Source of the DNA: an uncultured Candidatus Saccharibacteria bacterium
GTDB taxonomy: Bacteria > Patescibacteriota > Minisyncoccia > UBA6257 > UBA9933
Direction of reading: 5' to 3'
Assembly (NCBI GenBank): GCA_964642155.1
Contig: CAZXNT010000001.1
Span: forward strand, 83-64,082
Length of the DNA: 64,000 nt
Every line of letters starts with the position of its first letter. The first letter of the stretch is position 1. A program made the position numbers and the translations under genes. The notes under the pieces were generated by a model, which saw only the letters and a program-made list of their open reading frames with translations, was not told the DNA's origin and did not search any database. Shown here piece after piece: positions 1 through 8,138 of this stretch.

Positions 1-1
1 A

Positions 2-859
2 GGATTTTTTCGTTGCGGAGAATGTGGCTGTTTCATTACTACCGAAACGCAAAAAGGGCATAACTATTTACGATGTACGAAACGGAAAAATCCTTGTTCG
101 CAAAGGTATGCAAGAGAGGACGCCATCACTTCTCAAATCAGAACGGAAATACAAAAAGTTTCTTTGTCTTCCGCTTGGGCAAATGCTTCAATCAATTTTT
201 TCGAAAACGAAAAAATTAAAACTGCCCAAGCGGAAAGCTCTTTCGCCCAAAAAGCGAGAGATGAGCTTGTAGAAATAGAAACAAAACTTGATCGCTTGCT
301 TGATTTACAACTGGACGGCAATTTGTCGCAAACGGAATACACTGCAAAAAAGTACAAGCTCGTTCTCGCTAAAAAAGATTTGGAAGAAAAAATCTCCGCT
401 TTTGGGCGAAAGAGCAATAATCGGTTCGAACTTGCCATTGCCTTTCTAAAAGAAGCCAACCAAGCCGAAAAATACGCTCAACAAGAAAATCCCGAAAGGA
501 TTCGGGATTTTCTCAAAAAGATTGGTTCGAACTTCCGCATTGCCGACCGCACTTTGGTTTTGGATTTCAAAAATGCCTTTAAAATTGCGGAAAAATACCA
601 TGCCGAGGCGCAACGCGCCGAGGCAACTTCTTACGATTTTTCTGAAAGTACAAATTGGCGGAGAGGGTGGGATTTGAACCCACGATACCGGTTAAGGTAT
701 GCCATCTTTCTCCCGCACATAGCGGAAAGGGCGAGATTCGAACTCGCGGTACCTTGCGGTACACAGTCTTTCCAGGACTGCCGTTTAAACCACTCACGCA
801 CCTTTCCGCTATGTGCGGGATTGCGGTTTATAACTAAAATTATACTAAATTTTAGATAA
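2..859 (+). CDS. Large serine recombinase, C-terminal part (5' end lies outside the window). Reading frame 2 is open from nt 2; zinc-ribbon then coiled-coil region; the ORF runs on through a tRNA remnant and tRNA-Ser with no stop until 859
   Basis: Frame 2 translation from nt 2 gives RCGECGCF...YLRCTKRKNPCSQRY (Cys4 zinc ribbon). It is followed by the LDRLLDLQLDGNLSQTEY coiled-coil typical of large serine recombinase C-termini. The ORF-track start at 164 is a TTG inside this same frame. Confidence 0.6.
   Translation, partial: GFFRCGECGCFITTETQKGHNYLRCTKRKNPCSQRYAREDAITSQIRTEIQKVSLSSAWANASINFFENEKIKTAQAESSFAQKARDELVEIETKLDRLLDLQLDGNLSQTEYTAKKYKLVLAKKDLEEKISAFGRKSNNRFELAIAFLKEANQAEKYAQQENPERIRDFLKKIGSNFRIADRTLVLDFKNAFKIAEKYHAEAQRAEATSYDFSESTNWRRGWDLNPRYRLRYAIFLPHIAERARFELAVPCGTQSFQDCRLNHSRTFPLCAGLRFITKIILNFR
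656..700 (-). pseudogene. tRNA 3'-half remnant (T-arm plus acceptor 3' strand plus CCA: GGGTTCAAATCCCACCCTCTCCGCCA) with no matching 5' acceptor strand; probable att-site duplication
   Basis: Reverse complement ends GTGGGTTCAAATCCCACCCTCTCCGCCA. No GGAGAGG-type 5' partner lies within 90 nt upstream, and the region overlaps the next tRNA. Confidence 0.4.
721..809 (-). tRNA. tRNA-Ser (anticodon GGA), class II with long variable arm
   Basis: Reverse complement GCGGAAAGGTGCGTGAGTGGTTTAAACGGCAGTCCTGGAAAGACTG...GCGAGTTCGAATCTCGCCCTTTCCGCT. Anticodon loop CTGGAAA, long variable arm, T-arm GTTCGAATC. Confidence 0.8.
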
Positions 860-923
860 ACCGAGAACAATATGGTACACTATGCCGCTATGCGACCCCT
901 CCATTTTAAGTAAAATTATTATT

Positions 924-1619
924 TTACAATTTATTACGTTCCGCTTTTTCTTTTTCTAAGACTTGTGAATAAGTTTTGACGCGATTTTTCCCCTCTCCTT
1001 TGGCTAAATACATCGCTTCATCTCCCCGTTTTATTAATTCTTCGAAGCCAACGCCGGACTCAAAAGAACTAATGCCGATGCTTAAAGAAACTTTTAAACT
1101 GGAATATTTCGGATTGTCTCTATATTTTTCCTCAATCTTCTCCTCAACCGCCTTTCTTAATTTCTCGGCTTTCTCCACCGCTTTTTTTTCATCGGCGCCC
1201 AATAAACTTATTACTATTTCTTCGCCTCCCCAACGACAAGCCGTATCGCTTTTCCTGATATTTTCTTTAATAATCCAAGCCACTTCTTTCAAAATTTTAT
1301 CTCCAAAATCATGCCCATAAATATCATTAACTTTTTTAAAATAATCAATGTCGCAGAATAAAAAACTGACAGATTTAAAACCTTCTTTTCTATTTTCAGT
1401 TTCTGTTTCCGGGGAAATAATACTAAACACATCTTGTTGCGATTTTTCCGTAAAAAACTTTCTTCCTTTTAAACCAGTCAATTCATCGTGCATTAAGTTT
1501 TCCACCTCATCTTTCAATTCTTTATTCTCCGCCCTTAATCTTTCAATTTTCTGCTTTAAAACTTCAACATTTTCTTCTTCATTATTAATTGAATTGTGCT
1601 TTTTTTCTATATTATTCAT
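924..1619 (-). CDS. GGDEF-domain protein (diguanylate cyclase-like) with N-terminal coiled coil; active-site motif reads GGEEI
   Basis: FLFCDIDYFKKVNDIYGHDFGDKIL...RWGGEEIVISL matches the GGDEF fold; the DxDxFKxxND and RxGG(D/E)EF blocks are present. Confidence 0.75.
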   Translation of the reverse strand: MNNIEKKHNSINNEEENVEVLKQKIERLRAENKELKDEVENLMHDELTGLKGRKFFTEKSQQDVFSIISPETETENRKEGFKSVSFLFCDIDYFKKVNDIYGHDFGDKILKEVAWIIKENIRKSDTACRWGGEEIVISLLGADEKKAVEKAEKLRKAVEEKIEEKYRDNPKYSSLKVSLSIGISSFESGVGFEELIKRGDEAMYLAKGEGKNRVKTYSQVLEKEKAERNKL

Positions 1620-2530
1620 ATTTTTAATCCTCTTAATGCTTTCAATCTTTCTTCAACCGGCGGGTGGGTCATAAAAAGTTTATGCAACCAATTAACTTTT
1701 TTACCTATTCCGATGCCGTGTGTAAACGGGTCGTCAAACCAAAGATGAGATGTTGTGTTTTTAGCAACCGGCAATGGCGTCGGGTCAGAAGCGATTTTCT
1801 CCAAAGCGCTCGCCAAGCCCTCGGGATAACGGGTTAAAAGCGCGCCCGAAGCATCCGCCAAAAATTCCCTTTTTCTAGAAATCGCCATTTGCATCAACAT
1901 AGCGGCGATGGGCGCCAAAATCGCCAAAACGATTCCGACAATCATCATAATCGCCTGCGCTTGTCCTCCACCTTCTCTGTTTCTACGTCCTCCCCCGAAA
2001 AATGTTGAACGCAAAAATATATCGGAAAGAATGGAAATAAACCCGACCAGAACAACCACGGCGGTTGATAAAAGCATATCACGGTTCCCAATGTGCGACA
2101 ATTCATGGGCAATTACGCCTTCCAATTCTGTTTTGTTTAACTTCCCCAAAAGCCCTTTTGTCACCGCCACAACCGCGTGTTCCGGATTTCTGCCTGTGGC
2201 AAAAGCGTTCGGCTGGACTTCATCAATAATATAAATCTTCGGCAAAGGCAAACCGGCGGTAATCGCCAGATTTTCAACAATATTATAAAGTTCAGGATTG
2301 TCCTTTTTTTCAATCGGTTGCGCCCGCGCCATTTTTAAAACAATTTTATCGGAAAACCAATAAGCGACAACGTTCATTACAATGCTGAAAAAAACGGCAA
2401 AATATAAAATTGACGAATTATTATAAACTCCGCCGAAAAACCAGCCAATACCGATAACAACAATTAAAAAAGCCGTAAAGAGCAGCCATGTTTTGCGAAT
2501 ATTAGAATCTTTTTGATTATATAGTGTCAT
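1616..2530 (-). CDS. htpX: Zinc metalloprotease HtpX (peptidase M48)
   Basis: TM helices and HELSHIGNRD (HExxH). Overall HtpX-like layout, with a glycine-rich insert. Confidence 0.85.
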   Translation of the reverse strand: MTLYNQKDSNIRKTWLLFTAFLIVVIGIGWFFGGVYNNSSILYFAVFFSIVMNVVAYWFSDKIVLKMARAQPIEKKDNPELYNIVENLAITAGLPLPKIYIIDEVQPNAFATGRNPEHAVVAVTKGLLGKLNKTELEGVIAHELSHIGNRDMLLSTAVVVLVGFISILSDIFLRSTFFGGGRRNREGGGQAQAIMMIVGIVLAILAPIAAMLMQMAISRKREFLADASGALLTRYPEGLASALEKIASDPTPLPVAKNTTSHLWFDDPFTHGIGIGKKVNWLHKLFMTHPPVEERLKALRGLKI

Positions 2531-3546
2531 AGTTTTACAATGTCTTTGATTGTAATCGCTATCATCAATAAAATTAACAAAGCAAGGCCGATACCGTTAG
2601 CCATTTTTTCAAATTTCGGATTCAGCGGCGAACCTTTTATTTTTTCAATCGCCAAAAAAAGCAATCTTCCGCCGTCCAACGCCGGAAAAGGCAAGATATT
2701 AATTACCGCCAAATTCAGAGAAATCATCACCAAAAGCTGAAGCAAATAAACAATTCCCAAGGTGCCGGCTTGCGCCGTAAGTTTAACAATGCCAACTGGT
2801 CCCGCGACTTGTTCCATACTCGCTTTACCGACAATTGCTTTGGCAATTAAATTAAAAATCGCGACAAAAATCATTTTTGTCATTTCAATGGAAGTTTTTA
2901 ATCCCTCCCAAAGACTTTCCCCTATATTTTTTTTAGGCAATCCAGCGCCAATCAAACCGATTCCCAAGGCGCCTTCGCCGTTAGGCGTATTTTCAATAAT
3001 TCTCGGAATAACTTTCAAATCTAAATCATCGCCGTTTCTCCCTATTTTTAAATTAATTTCTTTACCCCTATTTTCATTGATGTAATTGATAAATTCCTCA
3101 GTGGTGTTGTATCCGATAATTTTATCATTAGCTTGAAGCCTGATTTCAGCCGCCGGACTGTTCGCTTTAACATCGGTGATTATGACCGCTTGCGGAACGC
3201 CGATTGAAAAAACCAAAGAAATCACCAGCCAAGCGAGCAAAAAATTGAATAAAACGCCAGCCGAAATAATAATAGTCCGTTGCCAAATTTTCAAAGACGC
3301 GAAATTTCTTTCCATTGACGAATCCCCGCCGTCCTCGCCAAAAATCTTGACGAATCCGCCAAACGGCAAAGCATTCACGCTGTAAACCGTTTCCCCGATT
3401 TTTTTGCTCCAAATTTTTGGCGGGAAACCAAAACCGAATTCTTCAACCAATAAGCCAAATTTCTTGGCAGCTAAAAAATGTCCGGCTTCATGAACTAAAA
3501 TCAAAATTGATAAAAATATTATGACGAAAATGATTCCAATTAACAT
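2527..3546 (-). CDS. rseP: Site-2 protease RseP (peptidase M50) with PDZ domain
   Basis: N-terminal HEAGHFLAAKKFG (HExxH in a TM helix), a central PDZ-like region, and a C-terminal LDGG motif. Confidence 0.85.
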   Translation of the reverse strand: MLIGIIFVIIFLSILILVHEAGHFLAAKKFGLLVEEFGFGFPPKIWSKKIGETVYSVNALPFGGFVKIFGEDGGDSSMERNFASLKIWQRTIIISAGVLFNFLLAWLVISLVFSIGVPQAVIITDVKANSPAAEIRLQANDKIIGYNTTEEFINYINENRGKEINLKIGRNGDDLDLKVIPRIIENTPNGEGALGIGLIGAGLPKKNIGESLWEGLKTSIEMTKMIFVAIFNLIAKAIVGKASMEQVAGPVGIVKLTAQAGTLGIVYLLQLLVMISLNLAVINILPFPALDGGRLLFLAIEKIKGSPLNPKFEKMANGIGLALLILLMIAITIKDIVKL

Positions 3547-3548
3547 AT

Positions 3549-4091
3549 TTATTCCTCTATTTCTTTTATTTTTTTCTCCAACATCTCTCCAATATCTTTA
3601 TTCGCCTTGTCAATTGATTTTTGAATCTGTTCTTTCAATTTAAATTTTTGGTCTTCGGTAATTTCTCCTCTTTCTTCCTGCTGGCCGATTTTTTTATTCT
3701 CTTCATCGCGCAGATGCCTAATTTTAATTTTCGTTTCTTCAGATTCCTTTTTAACCACTTTTACCAATTCTTGCCGGCGTTCGGCTGACAACGGCGGTAA
3801 ATTAATTCTTATCAAATTACCGTCCGTATTGGCGCTCACATTTAAATTTGACGACTCAATCGCCTTGACAACAATAGAAACCGCTTGCTTATCCCAAATT
3901 GAAATTAAAATTTCTCGCGGTGGATTAATACTAATTGAACCCACTTGTTTAAGCGGCATTCTCTGCCCGAAATAATCAACTAAAATATCTTCCACCAATT
4001 TTGGCGAAGGCCGACCGCCGCGCACAACGGCAAACTGGCTTTTCAAATATTCCAAAGATTCTTTAATTTTTTGTTCCAAATTTTGAATCAT
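3549..4091 (-). CDS. frr: Ribosome recycling factor
   Basis: 180 aa. RRF signature AVVRGGRPSPKLVEDILVDYFG...LPPLSAERRQELVKVVKK. Confidence 0.9.
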   Translation of the reverse strand: MIQNLEQKIKESLEYLKSQFAVVRGGRPSPKLVEDILVDYFGQRMPLKQVGSISINPPREILISIWDKQAVSIVVKAIESSNLNVSANTDGNLIRINLPPLSAERRQELVKVVKKESEETKIKIRHLRDEENKKIGQQEERGEITEDQKFKLKEQIQKSIDKANKDIGEMLEKKIKEIEE

Positions 4092-4094
4092 ATT

Positions 4095-4241
4095 TTACTT
4101 AAAAACATCAATAATTGACGCCAGCAGATGTTGCGGTACGCTTAAAATCGTATAAATAATTCCCGGTACGTTTTTCAAATAACCCTTAAAAAAAGAAATG
4201 AGAAATCCTCCCCAAATTATTATTAAAACCGCGATAGGCAT
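4095..4241 (-). CDS. Possible small (49 aa) membrane protein; not in the ORF track
   Basis: ATG at ~4241 to TAA at ~4095. Translation MPIAVLIIIWGGFLISFFKGYLKNVPGIIYTILSVPQHLLASIIDVFK is hydrophobic. It overlaps the holB-like 3' end by ~18 nt. Confidence 0.25.
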   Translation of the reverse strand: MPIAVLIIIWGGFLISFFKGYLKNVPGIIYTILSVPQHLLASIIDVFK

Positions 4242-4924
4242 TTTAATTGTAATTTTTTATTCGTATTGAACCTTTTAATTAAAGTTAACCGCTTTAACGC
4301 CTCTTTTAATTGACTGATATTTTTCACCGGGTCTTTCCGCAGTTCAGCGATTAAACTTTTAAAATACTCATCTATTTTATCCTTTTCAATAATTTCTTCA
4401 AGCCCCATTTTTAATATTTTAATTTGCTCTTTTTTTTCCGCATCGGTCCGTGTCAAGTCCGTATTAGTCAGCGCTTGAGGGAAATAAATTTTCTGCAAAC
4501 GCGACGTCAAGGGAGGCAAAAGAGAACTTTCGTCTTTGGCAATAAAAATAATCAAACTGGCTTCCGGCGAATCTTCAACAATTTTAAGGACCGCGTTTTG
4601 CGCTTCGGGAGTCAAATTGTCGGCATCTTTGATTATTACCGTCCTTTTTGGAGATAAAACCGGTTTTTGATATAAAAAATTTCCGATTTTTTTTGATTCA
4701 TCAATTCCTATTATGCCTTTTTCATCAGGCGAAATAATAAAACATTCTCCCAAAATGTTTTTTTCCAACGGCTTGAATTCTTTATTTTCCAAATAATTAG
4801 CGAGCGATAAAGAAAAAATTATTTTCCCCCCGCCGGCTTCGCCAAAAAAAAGATAAGCATGGCTCAATTTATTGCTGTCAGCCAGTTTTTTAAATATTGT
4901 CAATAATTTTCCGTTACCAATCAT
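4223..4924 (-). CDS. holB: DNA polymerase III delta-prime-like AAA+ clamp-loader subunit (short)
   Basis: HAYLFFGEAGGGK Walker-A-like motif and clamp-loader layout; 233 aa. Confidence 0.5.
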   Translation of the reverse strand: MIGNGKLLTIFKKLADSNKLSHAYLFFGEAGGGKIIFSLSLANYLENKEFKPLEKNILGECFIISPDEKGIIGIDESKKIGNFLYQKPVLSPKRTVIIKDADNLTPEAQNAVLKIVEDSPEASLIIFIAKDESSLLPPLTSRLQKIYFPQALTNTDLTRTDAEKKEQIKILKMGLEEIIEKDKIDEYFKSLIAELRKDPVKNISQLKEALKRLTLIKRFNTNKKLQLKCLSRF

Positions 4925-5076
4925 AAAAATTAGAAATCAATTTTCAATTTGCAATTATCAATTTTCATTAAATTTACAATTTTACAATTTTCAAACTTAA
5001 TTTATGTTTAAGTAAAATATTGTAAATTGATTCATTAAAAATTTATTGGAAATTAGAAATTGAAAATTTGTTTAAA
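4925..5076. repeat. AT-rich intergenic repeat (family B) of CAATTTT/GAAAATT heptamers upstream of the holB-like gene; related copy at 63254-63351
   Basis: Shares ATTGTAAATTGATTCATT...AATTTATTGGAAATT and ...TTGAAAATTGTAAA...ATTGAAAATT blocks with 63254-63351, in the same orientation relative to the downstream minus-strand gene. Confidence 0.6.
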
Positions 5077-6084
5077 CTATCTTTTGTTCAACAACGCTCT
5101 CTTATATGTATCCAAATGAGTCAAAATTATGCCGGAACCGCGGGCAACGCAAAACAACGGCTCTTCGGCAACATAAGCATTAACGTTAAAAATTCTTTTA
5201 AAAAATTCTGCTAAATTCATAATTTGCGAACTGCCGCCGGATAAAATAATCCCCTTTTCCATCACATCGGCAACAAGCTCCGGAGGAGTTTCATTGAAAA
5301 CTTTTTTAATCGCCGCCGCGATTTCCATCAAATAAGGATTAATGGCTTCGGCAATTTCATTTGAATTAATAAGAACGTCTTTAGGCATTCCAGTGATTAA
5401 ATCCCTCCCCCTGACCTGACAGCTTAATTTATTTTTCATGGGCAATGCCGAACCGATTTCAATTTTAATATTCTCAGCGGTCTGTTCGCCAATCGCCAGC
5501 GAATGTTTCTTTTTCAAATAGTCGGCTATCGCTTGGTCAAATTTGTTGCCCGCTATCCTCACGCTTGCCCAGGAGACAATTCCGCCTAAAGAAATTATCG
5601 CCACCTCCGCCGTGCCACCGCCGATATTAACAATCATATTTCCAGAACGGGCGTTAATAGGAATACCCGCGCCCAAAGCCGCTAAAATCGGTTCTCTGAT
5701 AATATACGCTTCCTTGGCGCCGGCTTCTTTCGTCGCGTTGATAATCGCCCTTCTTTCCGTTTGAGTTATACCGGCCGGAGCGGAAACAACTACATCGGGC
5801 CTGATAATATTAAACTGACCGATTGCCGAAGAAATAAAATATTTCAACATTGCCCTAGTAATGTAATAGTCCGCGATAACGCCATCCCTGAGGGGCTGAT
5901 ACGGCTTAATATCGTCCGGCGTTCTGCCAATCATTTCTTTCGCTTCTCTGCCAACCGCCATAACTGAATTTTCCGGCATACTTAAAGCCACGATGGTTGG
6001 TTCGTTAATAATAAACCCGCGTCCCGGAACAAAAACAACTGTATTAGTCGTTCCCAAATCTATACCGATTTTTCTAATAAACAT
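5077..6084 (-). CDS. mreB: Rod-shape-determining actin homolog MreB
   Basis: IGIDLGTTNTVVFV...; actin/Hsp70 fold motifs; 335 aa. Confidence 0.9.
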   Translation of the reverse strand: MFIRKIGIDLGTTNTVVFVPGRGFIINEPTIVALSMPENSVMAVGREAKEMIGRTPDDIKPYQPLRDGVIADYYITRAMLKYFISSAIGQFNIIRPDVVVSAPAGITQTERRAIINATKEAGAKEAYIIREPILAALGAGIPINARSGNMIVNIGGGTAEVAIISLGGIVSWASVRIAGNKFDQAIADYLKKKHSLAIGEQTAENIKIEIGSALPMKNKLSCQVRGRDLITGMPKDVLINSNEIAEAINPYLMEIAAAIKKVFNETPPELVADVMEKGIILSGGSSQIMNLAEFFKRIFNVNAYVAEEPLFCVARGSGIILTHLDTYKRALLNKR

Positions 6085-6242
6085 CCCTCACCCTTCAAAG
6101 ATCTATTTTACTCTTGCTATCTTATAGGATAGCAAGAGTAAAATAAAATTCTTTAAATTATTATTTTATTAAAATTATTTGCCTATTCTTTAATCCTTCT
6201 CCTTTTAAATATTAATAATTTTTAATCTTTGAAGGGTGAGGG
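6085..6242. mobile_element. MITE-like palindromic element (family A), copy 1. 18-bp terminal inverted repeat CCCTCACCCTTCAAAGAT, internal 18-bp perfect hairpin, AT-rich core; flanked by AT on both sides
   Basis: Terminal inverted repeats at 6085-6102 and 6225-6242. Near-identical copy at 14307-14458. Inserted exactly between the mreB ATG (6084) and the murA stop (6244). Confidence 0.65.
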
Positions 6243-6243
6243 A

Positions 6244-7539
6244 TTAAATTCTTTTTATGCTTGCTCCCAACTTATTTAATCTTTCATCTACTTTTTCATA
6301 TCCCCTGTCAATTTCTTCCACGCCGTCTATTGTTGATTCGCCTTCGGCGATTAAAGTCGCAATCAAATGAGCCATTCCGGCGCGCAAATCCGGAACTTTT
6401 AAATTTCTCCCCCTCAACGGCGTTGGTCCGGAAATTACCGCGCTGTGCGGATGGTTCTCGCCGTTAAAACGGCAATTCAATTCTCCCAAACACTTTGAGA
6501 ATACTTTAATGTTTGCGCCCATAAAATTCAAGTCCTCAATGTAACCGAAACGATTTTCATAAACAGTTTCATGAATTACTGAAACGCCGTCCGCCTGCGT
6601 TAATAAAATAGTAAACGGCTGTTGCCAATCTGTCATAAATCCCGGGTGAGTATCTGTTTCCAATTCAATCGCCGAAAGGCCGTCGCCTCTCCAAAAAACA
6701 ATACCATCGTCTTCAACGCGATATTTCCCGCCAACTCGCCGCAAAGCGTTTAAAAACGTTATTAAATGTTCATGAATCGCTCCTTTAATTTTAATTTTAT
6801 TATTAACGCCAGCGACTCCCAAACAAGCGAAAGAAGCCGCTTCATTTCTATCCGTTATAATTTTATGCCTCACCCCTTTTAATTTTTTAACTCCTTCTAT
6901 ATAAATCATTCTGTCTGTTCCCAAGCCGATTATAGCTCCCATGTTTTGGAGCATTTTTATAAGGTCAATTATTTCCGGTTCAATCGCCGCATTTTTAATT
7001 GTAGTTTTTCCTTTGGCTAATACCGCCGCCAAAATCGTATTTTCAGTCGCGCCGACCGACGGATAACGAAGATGAATTTTCGCGCCCCTTAATCCATTGG
7101 GAACCGAAGCAATAAAAGAATTTTCCGAAACTTCAATTTCTGCCCCCAAAGATTTTAAAGCGCTTAAATGAATATCAACCGGCCGATGGCCGATTTTATC
7201 TCCTCCTAAAACCGGCACTTCGGCTCTCCCTTCGCGAGCCAATAACGGGCCAAGCGCTAAAATTGAAATTCTATTTTTTCGGCTTAAGGCCGAAGCCGTT
7301 GCGCTTTTAATGGAAGGAGTTTTAATTGACACCACCGAACCGCTTTGTTTTATTTCGCTACCAAAAGCGCGGCAAAGGTCAAACGTAATTTCCGCGTCCC
7401 CTATTTGCGGGAAATTTTCCAAAACGCATTCCTCATCAGTTAATAAAGAAGCGATTAGTGCTTTAGTCGCCGCGTTTTTTGAACCCTTAATTTCAATTTC
7501 GCCTTCTAATTTTTTATTGCCTTGAATAATGAACCTCAT
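6244..7539 (-). CDS. murA: UDP-N-acetylglucosamine 1-carboxyvinyltransferase
   Basis: 431 aa; EPSP-synthase-fold MurA motifs (KNAATKALIASLL, LRGAKIHL...). Confidence 0.9.
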   Translation of the reverse strand: MRFIIQGNKKLEGEIEIKGSKNAATKALIASLLTDEECVLENFPQIGDAEITFDLCRAFGSEIKQSGSVVSIKTPSIKSATASALSRKNRISILALGPLLAREGRAEVPVLGGDKIGHRPVDIHLSALKSLGAEIEVSENSFIASVPNGLRGAKIHLRYPSVGATENTILAAVLAKGKTTIKNAAIEPEIIDLIKMLQNMGAIIGLGTDRMIYIEGVKKLKGVRHKIITDRNEAASFACLGVAGVNNKIKIKGAIHEHLITFLNALRRVGGKYRVEDDGIVFWRGDGLSAIELETDTHPGFMTDWQQPFTILLTQADGVSVIHETVYENRFGYIEDLNFMGANIKVFSKCLGELNCRFNGENHPHSAVISGPTPLRGRNLKVPDLRAGMAHLIATLIAEGESTIDGVEEIDRGYEKVDERLNKLGASIKRI

Positions 7540-7631
7540 AATGATATTATTATTTAAAATTGGCTTTTACGCAATTGATTATTATGATATACTTAAAATC
7601 AAGGTCGGTTTAAAAATATGAAAATAAAAAA

Positions 7632-8126
7632 ATGGAAGAAACAAAAGGAAAATATATTTGGGGATTATTAAGAATAGGAATCGGCTGGATTTTTTTCTGG
7701 GCTTTTATTGATAAAGTTTTCGGACTTGGTTTCGCCACGATAGCGGGCAAAGGATGGATTGACGGCGTCTCGCCGACATTCGGATTTCTTAAATTCGCCG
7801 CCAAAGGACCGTTTATTAATTTTTATCAGGGATTAGCGGGAAACCCGATTATAGATTGGCTATTTATGGCGGGTTGCTTGGGCATCGGCATTTCGTTTTT
7901 ACTCGGCATTGGCATGAGAATCGCCACTTATTCCGGAATATTGATGTATGTCTTGATGTATACTGCCGGTTTTATTTTGCCGGAACATAATCCGTTTTTA
8001 GACGAACATATAATGTATCCTCTTCTTATGCTGGGTTTAATGAAGATAAAAGCGGGCCGATGGCTCGGCTTGAGCGAATGGTGGAGCAATACGGCTCTGG
8101 TGCGAAAATTTCGCATTTTGGAATAA
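7632..8126 (+). CDS. DoxX-family membrane protein
   Basis: Four TM helices with a DoxX-like pattern (GLLRIGIGWIFFWAF..., LGIGISFLLGIGMR). Confidence 0.6.
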   Translation: MEETKGKYIWGLLRIGIGWIFFWAFIDKVFGLGFATIAGKGWIDGVSPTFGFLKFAAKGPFINFYQGLAGNPIIDWLFMAGCLGIGISFLLGIGMRIATYSGILMYVLMYTAGFILPEHNPFLDEHIMYPLLMLGLMKIKAGRWLGLSEWWSNTALVRKFRILE

Positions 8127-8138
8127 AATAAATAGGCA

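Noticed and set aside
656-730. A second complete tRNA next to tRNA-Ser
   Set aside because: Only the T-arm, the acceptor 3' strand and CCA are present. There is no complementary 5' acceptor strand, and the region would overlap tRNA-Ser, so I call it a remnant.
164-859. The 231-aa ORF as an independent complete gene starting at 164
   Set aside because: The frame is open from nt 2 with recombinase zinc-ribbon sequence. The ORF is a 5'-truncated fragment whose 3' part overlaps tRNA sequence.
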